Of a DNA stretch of 64,000 nt, positions 35,289 through 46,200 are shown one piece after another (the stretch's first letter is position 1; each line of letters starts with the position of its first letter). The DNA is from a virus. Position numbers and translations under genes: made by a program. The stretch is from positions 1 to 64,000 of the IMG/VR virus record IMGVR_UViG_3300043409_000785. One strand, given 5' to 3'. The notes beneath the pieces were generated by a model that was given only the letters and a program-made list of their open reading frames with translations, had not been told where the DNA came from and did not search any database.

Positions 35289-36038
35289 ATGACTTCTCTC
35301 TTTGGCAACCTGAAATCCGATGGCCTCGAAGCTTCTACCGACAATCTGGGCGGTGGTAGCTTTACCCGTGAATCTGACATCTACAGCGGCAAGATCAAAA
35401 TGGCTTATGCCGGTGCAGCCAAGTCCGGTGCTCGCTTTGTTCAACTCATTGTGGACCTGCCTGATGGCAAGGAATACAAAGAGACGGTGTACATCACCAA
35501 TAAGGCAGGCGAGAACTTCTACCTGAACAAGTCGGACAACTCCAAGAAGGTTCCTCTGCCGGGCTTCACCACGATTGACGACATCTGCTTGTGTGCCACT
35601 GGCAAGCCTCTGGCTGAACAAGATGCAGAAGAAAAAATCGTCAAGATTTACGACTTTGAAGCCAAGGCAGAACTGCCCACTTCGGTGCCAGTGCTGATCG
35701 AACTGCTGGGTCAGGACATTTCCCTGGCCATCCTGAAGGTTACGGAAAACAAGCAGGCCAAGAATGCCAGCGGTGTCTATGAAGCCACGGCAGAAACCCG
35801 TGACATCAATAGCATCGACAAGGTGTTCAACACGGCTACCCAGATGACTGTGGTGGAGGCCCGCAACAAGGCCGAAGCACCTGTCTTCTGGGACAATTGG
35901 CTGGAGCGCAACAAGGGCAAGACCCGTGACAAGACCAGCAAGGTTACCGGCAATCCTGGTGCTCCCGGTGCAGCTCGTTCTGGACCCCCACAAGCTGGTG
36001 CAGCTCCTGCCCGTCAGAGTCTGTTTGGCAAGAAGTAA
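35289..36038 (+). CDS. ssb: N4-type single-stranded DNA-binding protein (gp45-like)
   Basis: Synteny; LPGFTTIDDIC; C-terminal RQSLFGKK. Confidence 0.82.
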   Translation: MTSLFGNLKSDGLEASTDNLGGGSFTRESDIYSGKIKMAYAGAAKSGARFVQLIVDLPDGKEYKETVYITNKAGENFYLNKSDNSKKVPLPGFTTIDDICLCATGKPLAEQDAEEKIVKIYDFEAKAELPTSVPVLIELLGQDISLAILKVTENKQAKNASGVYEATAETRDINSIDKVFNTATQMTVVEARNKAEAPVFWDNWLERNKGKTRDKTSKVTGNPGAPGAARSGPPQAGAAPARQSLFGKK

Positions 36039-36041
36039 ACC

Positions 36042-36608
36042 ATGAAGGTAGCTGTCCTGGGCATGGACCCCTCAATGAGAAATTGGGGACTTGCCGAGGC
36101 AGTGCTTGATCTGGAAACTGGCTTGCTGGATACCCCTATTCTTTCCTTGGTTCAACCCAAGGATTTAGTAGGCAAACAGGTACGTCAAAACTCTTCAGAT
36201 CTGCACCTGACAACACAGCTGGCTGAGGTTGTTTTACCTATGGCGCGTAAGGCAAAGGTCATCTTTGTAGAAGTGCCCATTGGCTCTCAATCGGCTAGAG
36301 CTATGGCCAGTTACGGGTTTTGTGTCGGTCTTCTGGGGGCAATTAGAGCTGAAGGGATCCCCTTCATCGAAGTTACTCCTACCGAAGTGAAGAAGGTCTT
36401 CACCGGCAAGGCTGATGCAACCAAAGGTGAAATGATAGAGAAAGCTCTATCTGAGTATCCTGATGCTGTCTTCCCCATGCACAATGGGAAAGTTAGCGCA
36501 GCCAAGACAGAGCATGTTGCCGATGCACTGGCTGCAATCCATGCGGGAGTGCAAACTCCCGTTTTTAAAAACCTGATGCGTTTATTGAGTGTCAGCAAAT
36601 CCAACTAG
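36042..36608 (+). CDS. RuvC-like Holliday junction resolvase
   Basis: GMDPSMRNWG, FVEVP, TPTEVK, EHVADALAA. Confidence 0.82.
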   Translation: MKVAVLGMDPSMRNWGLAEAVLDLETGLLDTPILSLVQPKDLVGKQVRQNSSDLHLTTQLAEVVLPMARKAKVIFVEVPIGSQSARAMASYGFCVGLLGAIRAEGIPFIEVTPTEVKKVFTGKADATKGEMIEKALSEYPDAVFPMHNGKVSAAKTEHVADALAAIHAGVQTPVFKNLMRLLSVSKSN

Positions 36609-36615
36609 GAACATC

Positions 36616-37053
36616 ATGCAAATTACAATCAATCAATCTGAAATCGAATCGGCTATCACCACGTACATTGGTGGCCTCTTCAAGCTTAATCCTGGCACGA
36701 AAGTTCAGATTGAACTCAAGGCTACCCGTGGTGCTGAAGGTGCTACAGCCATCATTGACATCGTGCCAGATTTTCAAACTGGCCCTATGATGATTTCTGC
36801 TGCCTCAGCTGCTGTGCAAGAATCAAAGAAAAAAGAAGTAGCCGAAACCATCCACGAGATCAAAGCTACCTCTGCCAAGCTGTTTGCTGCCTCTGTGGCT
36901 GCTGAAGCTCCAGCTACTGTGACGGTTGATGAGGCCATTGCTGCAATCCCTGAAGTTGCACAAGAGGCCCCAGTCCACGACCCTGTTGCTGAAGTGCCAG
37001 TGCCCGCTCGCACCAGCTTGTTTGCTGGCCTGAAAAAACCAGTTAACACTTGA
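36616..37053 (+). CDS. Hypothetical protein
   Basis: MQITINQSEIESAI...ATRGAEGATAIIDI; C-terminal SLFAGL. Confidence 0.7.
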   Translation: MQITINQSEIESAITTYIGGLFKLNPGTKVQIELKATRGAEGATAIIDIVPDFQTGPMMISAASAAVQESKKKEVAETIHEIKATSAKLFAASVAAEAPATVTVDEAIAAIPEVAQEAPVHDPVAEVPVPARTSLFAGLKKPVNT

Positions 37054-37055
37054 CC

Positions 37056-37217
37056 ATGCCGCAAGTCTTGACTGTTCTGGCACTGGTTCTGGTTGCATTT
37101 TTCATTGTGACCACAGCCGTCATTGCCGCTGCCCCGTATGTTGCTATTGCAGCAATCATTTGGGGTATCGGTTGGAGTATTGGCCAAGAGGCTGATGATC
37201 CACCAACCCAGAAGTAA
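37056..37217 (+). CDS. Small membrane protein
   Basis: 53 aa, almost entirely hydrophobic. Confidence 0.5.
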   Translation: MPQVLTVLALVLVAFFIVTTAVIAAAPYVAIAAIIWGIGWSIGQEADDPPTQK

Positions 37218-37233
37218 ACACAGCACTTCAATC

Positions 37234-37263
37234 AAACCCACCAGAACCTCTGGTGGGTTTTTT
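37234..37263. terminator. Bidirectional terminator between convergent blocks
   Basis: AAACCCACCAGA-ACC-TCTGGTGGGTTT-TTT. Confidence 0.75.
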
Positions 37264-37272
37264 ATTTAGAGC

Positions 37273-40200
37273 TTAGTCAAACACAGCATTCACAGTTGGC
37301 AGCAGCATTGGTGCATTGAACAACATTCCTGGTCCAATGGAATTGCCAAGACCACCAGACCATGCTTTAGAGAACAGGTTGTCCGTGATGGGCGTTCCAA
37401 TGGAACCAAACAGATCGGGCTTGGGCATCATTCCTACCACCAGAGCATGCACTGGATTATTACGAATGGTACTTAAGGCAATCTTCACCAGACGAAGCTT
37501 GAAGTTATAGAACCAAAGCATACCAACACTTTCCAGATACCCGCGGCTACGGCCTGGGAGTCTGTCGTAGTTTACAAACTCTTCAGTAATACGTGCCAGA
37601 GCTTCTTTGGAAGTCAATCCTTTGCGTTGTGTCAAATCATCATAAAGGACTGCCTTGGCAATAAAGTCTCCGTAGTTCACTGCTTTTTGCAAGCCTTGGA
37701 ACAGGGCAGTGTCTTTGGTAACCAGAGCATATCGGCCTGCATTACGGATGCTGGTAGGCAGTTTGTCCACCAGTGATTCGATGTACTCATGCAGCTTGCC
37801 ACTGGTCAGTTGAACGTCTTCGCTCGCCACTTCCATATCTGAGATGGATGAGAACTGGCCAGCTTCAATCAAAGGCCAGATCGACATACGACGATAGCTG
37901 TCACGGATAGACTGCAGCTCAGCACTGAGCTTGCGGGTATTGATCACATCACCTTCAGCGGCTCTGAGCAAAGCTTCAACCTTAACTTCCCGACGACGAG
38001 ATTTGGAGTATGAATCTACTTCCAGAGTTTTACGTGGCATTCCTTTAGCAATACTTAGCAAAGGAACACCCCGGCTAATCAACTGATAGACATTACCAAT
38101 CAGATTGGAGATTGGAACAATGATCGACTTCATAACAATCAAAGTCTTGGCACTACCGACCACGTTCTGCAAGATACGTTCACCATTGACCATGTACTGA
38201 TAGGCTTTGTTTCCAAAGACACTGATCGCCAAGTTCTTAACAGCAGCCTCAGTCTCAGGTGACCACCGATGATTACCTGTCCAGAAATCGCCAATAGTAG
38301 CGCCACGATAACCAAGCATATCATTAGCCAGTTCTTTGCGAACCATGAAAGTGCCTTTACCAAACACATCCTCAATGTATTTAATGGTTTCTGGGTTTAA
38401 TAAACGAACTGCATCAGCCAGCACAGGGTCTTTCTTTTGTTCCTTTGGATCAAAGACATTGATGTACTCTGCTTTTTTGCTACTGCTATTTTGCAGATCG
38501 GTTTTGTACATCTTCTTGGCAGCATCTACCAAGGCTTCATTGAAGACTTGAACCTTGGCCTCTTCCACCTGACGACCACGCCATACACCAATCATTTTGG
38601 CAAGGTCTGTGCTTTGGCTCAGACGCTCTAGTTGCTTAGGATCAACAGCCCGTTCAAAGGCCACAATGACACCATCAGCAGAGCGTACTGGCAGCAAAGG
38701 TTCGGTGGTAGCACGTTCATTGCGCAGGTTCTGTGCCAAACGATAAACCAGTTTACGATCAGTGATTCGCCCTGCTGTCATCAGCCCATCGGTAAAGCCA
38801 GTAGCCAGATCAATACCGCCAGCAGTCTGTCGAGCATTCTGCATCGTGCCCTGGTTGTAAGCAGCACGACCTGGAACGTTAGCAAAGTAGTAGCTTCTTG
38901 GTTCACCGCCCACTAGTGAAGAACCTTTATAGCTTTCCACCTTGGTATAACTTTTGCCGATTAGCTTGCTGTATTCAGCGTCAGAAGCTACAACCATAGT
39001 GACATTGCCATCCTGGCTGCTTGGGACAAACCCCTTGAAGTAATTCATACGAGCTGTCAGTGAAGCATTGGCTTTACGCATCTCTTCAGCACGTTGACCA
39101 GTCAAGTAAGCCATCACAAAATCAACACCCTGGGCTTCACTTTGAACCAAGGAAGAAAGACTACTGAGGTTCTCGTTGCTCAAACCATCAATGGCGTAAA
39201 GCGATACCAGCTTGTCCACAGCTTTGATATAGGCTTCATCTGGTTTGGTTCGTTTAGCTTGTTGAGGCTCGTCAAACAGGTTAGCCACAGACTCAGCATT
39301 GCGAAGCAGATTGTTTCCATAACCCTTACCGTTCATGTAGTCAGCCAGTTGCCTGGCTTTCTTTTCTACTTGGTTCCAGTGTTGTGGATCAGCAGTTTTA
39401 AGCTGGGTTTCCACAGTCCGGATAGCCATAGGCAGAGCAGATGGTTTGGTGAATAGTTCACGAATCTCAGCATCCTTCATGCTTTCACGAAGCAATGCAA
39501 TATCGGTTTTGCCCAGACCATGAAACATGGCTGTCATCTCTTCTTTGGTCACAGTACGGCTGAACTGTTCCAGAATAACTCCCGGCAGATCATCCCGGTA
39601 GTGTTGACGATCTTGAGAAACCATAGTCCGAACCAGCTTGTTCTGGTCATAGATTTCAGCATTGGAATCGGTACGTCCCACAATGTCGGCGATGACTTCA
39701 CGCAAGGTACGGAAACCATCCACCTTGTTGATAGTAGAAACAATACCTTGAGCAACAATCTCAGCGTTATCCTCATTAATGATGGCAGAGGTCAGCTCAC
39801 CCAACTTGCCCAATGTTTGTGAGAACTTACCGTACTGTGGGTTTTTCAACGCAGATACAGAAGCTTTGTGAAGTGCTTTTGCACTCTTGTCGATGTAACC
39901 TAGCAGTCTGTTGTTGCGTTTGTTCAAGCGGGTTTCTCGCCAGTCTGCAAAACCTTCTGTCATTCGAGTCAGCAAATCATTGTTCGCCGTACTCATCAAG
40001 TGTTCAGTCAAAGCATCAATGGCAGCTTGAACATTAGGCGCATGTTTGCCTTCACCAGAGAGACGGAGAGAGAGCTTTTCCATCAAGCTGTTACCGGCAT
40101 TTTCAAAAGCACTGTCCAGACTATCCCAGTCCTTGAGTTTGGTTTTGGGCAGTTCCAGCTTGGACAGCACACCACGGAACTTCTCGTTGGTGATAGCCAG

Positions 40201-43200
40201 CCCCATAAATACAGGCAGCAAGGTAGAACGCCCAAGGGCGTCTTTGCCCTCGTAGTAGTTACCCATCACAGCGTTGTACTGCTCATTGGCGTAGTACAAA
40301 GCCGAACCAGCATCGGTATTGCTTGGGTCAATGAAGTCAGCAACCGTCAGTGTTTTGGTAGCCAGCGTAAACAGCTCTTGAGCACGAGCCATTGTGTTGG
40401 GGTCAATCACAGCCTGGGTAGCCAACGTCTGCACAATGGATGTGAATGTAGATTGCTCTATTGGTTCCATTGGGAAGCCATGAGCATTCAAAGTCATGGC
40501 AGCTTCAGTAGCTACTTGAATGGCTGTGGTAGTCACTTTGCCCGTCAACACACCGTCTTTGGTAAGAGGCATCTTTAAGTGGTTAGGGATACGCTTCAAG
40601 AAGTTATCCCGAATACCGCGTAGGCGAAGATCATTCTTGGGTGAAGAATGTGGCAACACCGCAGTAGAAGCAGCTGCCATCGTAGCTGCAATACTAGGCT
40701 GATAACGAGCCAGCAAAGCAGTATTAAAGCGAATGTTGGTGAACATATCACCACCGACTTTAGGAGCACGTTTACCCCACACCAGTTCCTTAATGAACTC
40801 CAGCACCATCTTGGAAATACGAACCAAAGGATTAGCCGTGGTGTTTTTCGTCATGCGGATTAGGGCAGGATTTGACTGGGTGTAGGCCATGAACTCATTG
40901 AGTGCAGATGCCTGAGCCAATGGATTTTTTCCTTGGTTCAAGTGGATCTGGATCACCGAACGAGCATGCAGGTACTGCTGCATCGTTTCAGTGCTCAGAG
41001 CAGGAAGCTCTTCACTCAGTTCCATGAACTGACGCATCAGGATTTCAAGACCCCCCACAGCACCAGCAATATCTGCATTGCCTTTACCCGGCAATGTGCC
41101 ACTGTAGTGGGCATGGATGATACTGAAGGTAGCGGCATGGACCATCTCATGCACCAACGTTTCACCGGTGGCATTGGGAAATATGATGATTTTTTGCCCA
41201 GTCAGGGTCAGACCCTTTTCCAGATTGTTTAAATGCTCTGCTGCAACGCCTAGTTGCTCTGCTTTGGCTCTGATTTGTTCATTGGTTCCAGTGATGAAGG
41301 TCCATCCTTCAAGGGCTTTACTGTTCACCAGTTCGTTGTACATCCACCGCTGCTCTTGTGGGATGTTCATTTGTGAACCAAGGAAAGAAAGATTCTCTTG
41401 GTAGAAGACCTTAGCCCCAGTAGCCATATCGTGGTAACCAGAGTTACTAATGGCTTCAGAAATGTCCTGAGTCTTGCTTAGTTGCTTGGTGACCCTCTCA
41501 CGATGGAACTCTCTGCGCTCGTTTAGAACTTCAATGATTTTTTCATCAGACATGCCTTCAACAGAGATGGTTCCTTGATGCTGGTAAGGTGAGCTGAAGC
41601 CAGCCATCTGGTCAATACCAGCACTAATGTCTTGCATTGCAAGATGGCGAATCTCAACCTCAATGGCTGCATTTTTAAGCTTTTCATTGACCTTCACTAG
41701 CTCTAAACTGAGATCAGTTCTTAACCAAGACAGCTTTTCCCCATCCATTTGATCAACTTTTAAACTCGGACCATAAAATGCTGAAGCAAGCTTCTTAAAC
41801 AGAATGGGCTTGTCAACTGCAATGCGTATTATCTCTCCATCAGTGTCTTGCATGAACACACTGTAAGACTCCGACAAGGCTTTCATGGCATTGCCCATCC
41901 AGGCATCGAAGATGGCCTTATTAGCCTTCTCGGAATACTCACCCAGCTTGTCCAATGGCAGGTTGATACCGTCGAACACTGGGAGCGTACCAACAACATC
42001 ACCATCCCAGTAGAAGTTCATGATCATCTGGCCATCAACCATGCCGATGTTCAGAGCAGCAATACCACCAACACCCAGATCTTTTGGTCCACTAGCCATA
42101 GCTGGAGTTTTAAACTGCCCATCCAAAGATGAACCAAATGCCTTAACGTTTTCCAGTCTATTGGATTGAGAACCGGCAAGGTAGTATTCCATGTTGCCTG
42201 TGTCAATCTTAGGCATCATGTACTTCAGCTTTTCCAAAACCTTCTTTAGCTCATTCTCAGATAGGAAGTCTCCTTCTTGATGGTTAGGGTCTTCCTTTTT
42301 CTTTTTGTCTAGGGCTTTAGCAACCTCAGTCTTAAAAGCATCCTCAAGGAACAGGGTCTGAACCTGGGTGGCTTGGCGAATAAGCTCCATAGAACTCATC
42401 AAGCTTGCACCCATAGTTTGACGAATAGCTGTATCCATTGGTTCAACAAACAGTGTCTTGACATTGCCAGTCAGTGTAGCTTTAGCATTTTCATCTACAG
42501 TGAAGCCAACTGCAGTTTCATGATTCACTGATTCAACTCTTGGGGTGTAAACATCAGACTGACCCAATGAAGTAATACCAGAATCCCTATCCGTTTTAAC
42601 GTAGAAGTTGGTTAGTGCTTCCCAAGCGCCAGTGAACTTGTTGAAGTTCTCTCTTGAACCAAACATGATAGTAGCTTCATCAGCGTTACGATCAGCATAC
42701 TTAGCTGCAGCTACGTCAGACATCTTGGAGTACAGCTCGTCAGTGATGATGCCTACAATCTTGGCAGCAATGCCATACTGACCAGCACCATAGATGGTCA
42801 CAGTAACTGGACTCTTGGCGGCACCACGTTTGATCTTCAGTTCACCTTTCTCATTGAAAGTGACATTGCCTTCAAACAGCAGTTCCAGCAGGTTCAACAT
42901 GTGCTGAACTTGGTTACTGGCTTGCGTATCTCCAGGAGCACTCGTAGCGTCATACACTGCTTTGCTCTCCTCAATCAATGTAGAGGCAGTATTAGCAACA
43001 GTGCCATAGGTATCTACGTCGTCAGCAACAAACTGATCCTGTGCAGTCCACCCCTCTTTACCGGGGTAGTAGCCAACCTTACGCATCATTTGAAGCTCAT
43101 GCACTGTGAAGGCTCCAGTGCTATGCAGAATCATGGCACCACCGGGACCATTCTGCATACCGTCAGCTTCACCATACAAAGTTGTGGTGAAGTTCTTACG

Positions 43201-46200
43201 CTCATCCGAGTCCTTGGCTGTATTCAAGTACCTAGCGTACTCAGTCAGAGCCTGTAGAGCCAGGTTGTTAAGCTCCAGACCAGCATTATTGAAGCTTTCA
43301 ATGAAGATGTCTGTAGCGTCAGCTTGGATAGCACCTTGGTCATTCACCCACTTCTGCAATACTTCCACAGCAGGTTGCAGTTCAGTGTGCAGTTGCTTCT
43401 TGATCTGCTCTCTTACCAAATCGGGCTTGATACGCTCAATCTTCATGCCAACAGCCTGGGCGATAGCAATTAGAAAGTTCTTATATGAGGCTTCGTTCTT
43501 GTTGTCCAGGTTAATGACTGTTGTATGAGGCGACAACACAGCTCTCATCAGTTTATCGCCTTGAGGAGTGTTTCTTCCTTTCTGCTGTAGGCGCTGAACC
43601 TTGCTAGGCTGCATTGGGAAATGCACACCAACTTCTTCTGAGGTCTTACCAACAGCTTCAGCTCTAACATCAACCTGTGAGCGCAAGAAGTCCATACCGA
43701 GCATGCCGGAGACGATACCTTGGTTAGTGCCCTCCACAGACTTCAAGTGGTTTTTATTGAACTTGTTTTGCTTCTCTTCCTTGGACAAACTACCAAAGCC
43801 AAACAGCTTAAGCATGTTATCAAAGCCAAGAGCTTCGTACAGCTTGTACTGGTGAGTGAAGTTGTACGGGGTATTCTGAGTAGCTTCAATAGCTTTCAGT
43901 GCTTGCTTCTTGTTCTTGGCTCCAGGATTACGCATCTGTGTTCTGGCAACACTAGGACGCTCATCCTCCAAATAAACAGTCTGCTCAGGGGTAACCAGCA
44001 CAGCTTGCTCGATGGCGTCTGGGTAAGACTGTAATGATTTCACATGTTTACCCACAACAGCTCTCAAGTCAATCAGGATACGATTGTGGGTTTTACGATC
44101 AATGGCTGGAAAGCCTTTTTTGTTCAAGACCTGTTTGCCCTTAGCGTCTAAGATCGGCGTATTCCAATTAAACTCTTGTTTGCTCAGTAAGCTGATTGGG
44201 CCTTGCTTAGTGTCAACTGTGATACCAACCATAGTTGCAAGAATCTCAGCAGCCATGGAGTTAGCAATACCAATTACCTGATCCATCGGGTAATCTTTAT
44301 TACCCTCCAGTCCCCAGTATTGACGGATTTTGTCACCAAGAGCAGTAACAGCATCAAGTTCACCTTGACCAATGCTCATCTCAGTAGCCAAACCAGAAGG
44401 TACTTCACCCTCTTGAATGCCAAAGATACCAGCCACACTCTTGTTAGTGAGCCTGCTTGTCACGCCCTCAGAAGTAATCAACCACTGCAATGCAGCGAGC
44501 ACAGCACCTTCTAGCAGTGTTTCGTTGTAGGTCAACTTGCCATTGTTATTATTCAGCAGGTTGAATACCTTACCTGTGTCCCAGGTGTTCACAAAACCAG
44601 AAGCAGTAATCTGCTCTTGAATAGTCACACCAATGTTCTTGCCGGTTTCAGGTGCATAGGCTAATCTAGCAGCTAGCTTAGCTTTCACCGCATCAACTAC
44701 CTGAGCGCCAACACGAGAAACGTACTGTTTGTACAAGTTACCTAACTGGTCAGAGTAACCAGCTTTAGGTTTTTTACCCATTGTTTCTGTCATATTCTCG
44801 GTAGAGGTTACAGCACTAGAGATAGTTTCCAGTGCTGTATTGACCAAAGCAATACGGCTAATAGCTGCAGCAGGCAGCTTGTATGCATCCAGGAAGCGAT
44901 TGGCAGCACCACCAAACAGGTTAGAGAATTTGGGTTCATCACGAAGACCCGTAGCCTCACCTGTGTACACGAACGGTGTCACATCGCTAACGTCTTCTTC
45001 CTCAATAGGGTCAGCTTCCTCTTCTTGAACCAAGGAAGAAACAACAGTGGCACTAGGCTCAGCAGTTACAGGCTTGTTCACCAGCTCATATTGCATCTGG
45101 TAAGCAATCTTGCCTTTGTACTTGGCGTAGAGGCTAGGTGCCCAACCTTCCAGTTTGCTCCACTCTTCTGCTGTGACGCTAGACACCAAGTACGGATCAG
45201 TAGTTGCACGAACCTGTGCTTTCTGGCCTGTATAAGTGTTCTTTACCGTAAAGACATCGCCCTTCTTTAAACCCTTGAACCCTGCGAGATCATTACGTGT
45301 GCTGGCAGTCCGGTCACCAGACAGAATCAAATCCATCGTGCTTTTGCCTTTAAACTCAGAGCGCATTACGTGAGAGGCATCCTGACCATCACGATAGTTC
45401 ATTGGAACCACAATGCCAGTGTCAGCACTAGGCTCAGCAACAGCAGTAGGTGCAACAGCTGCTGGAGTAGAAGTAGCTGGAGGTTCTACTTTCTTCTTTG
45501 GTTCAACCGCAGGCACACCATTGAGAACATCTTGGTAGGCAGCATTTAGCACCTTCATGAAATTGCTCTTGGAGCCGACACCTTCCCAACGAGAACCTTT
45601 CACACCAACAGTATGCTCAGAAGCTTTCAGAAATTCCTTACCACCCCGTTCAGTAATCTGAGTAACCAGTTCAGGGTACTTTTGCAGCTTGGCAATGATC
45701 ACTGCTTTCATGGTCAGCATATCTGCAGCCAGCTTCTCAGCAGCAGTACCTGTAGTGGCTTTGTTGGCCAAGTACCAACGCTCAGCGTCTTTGAACTTGG
45801 TGGGGACATTTGCCAAACCTGGAACTGAGTCAAGCGTGTATTTGTCATAGGTAGGGTTGGTCAACGCCCTGCCAAGCGCATCAGTCGATTTGCTGTAGAT
45901 GTTGATGCCAACAACTTCAGCAGGCTTGGCAGTAGCTACGCTGCCTTGTGGAGCTTGCGGTACAGAAGTGCCTGGATCACTTCCAGTCGTTGTTTGGCTG
46001 GCAGTTGCTGCAGCTTTTGCAAGGCGTCTTGCTTCCCGATTGGCTTTTTGTTTTGCGAGTTCGGCTTCGACTTCTTTAAGGGCATTTTGTAAATCCTCTG
46101 CGTTGAGTGCTTGTTCAAGTTCCTGCAAGCTGGTGCCAATTTGGCCCAGCAGCATCTCGGTATCATAGGTTAAGTAGTTACCCTGCCCCAACTTATTGGC

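Noticed and set aside
34857-35993. 378-aa minus-strand ORF
   Set aside because: Antisense shadow of the Sak4-like and SSB genes.
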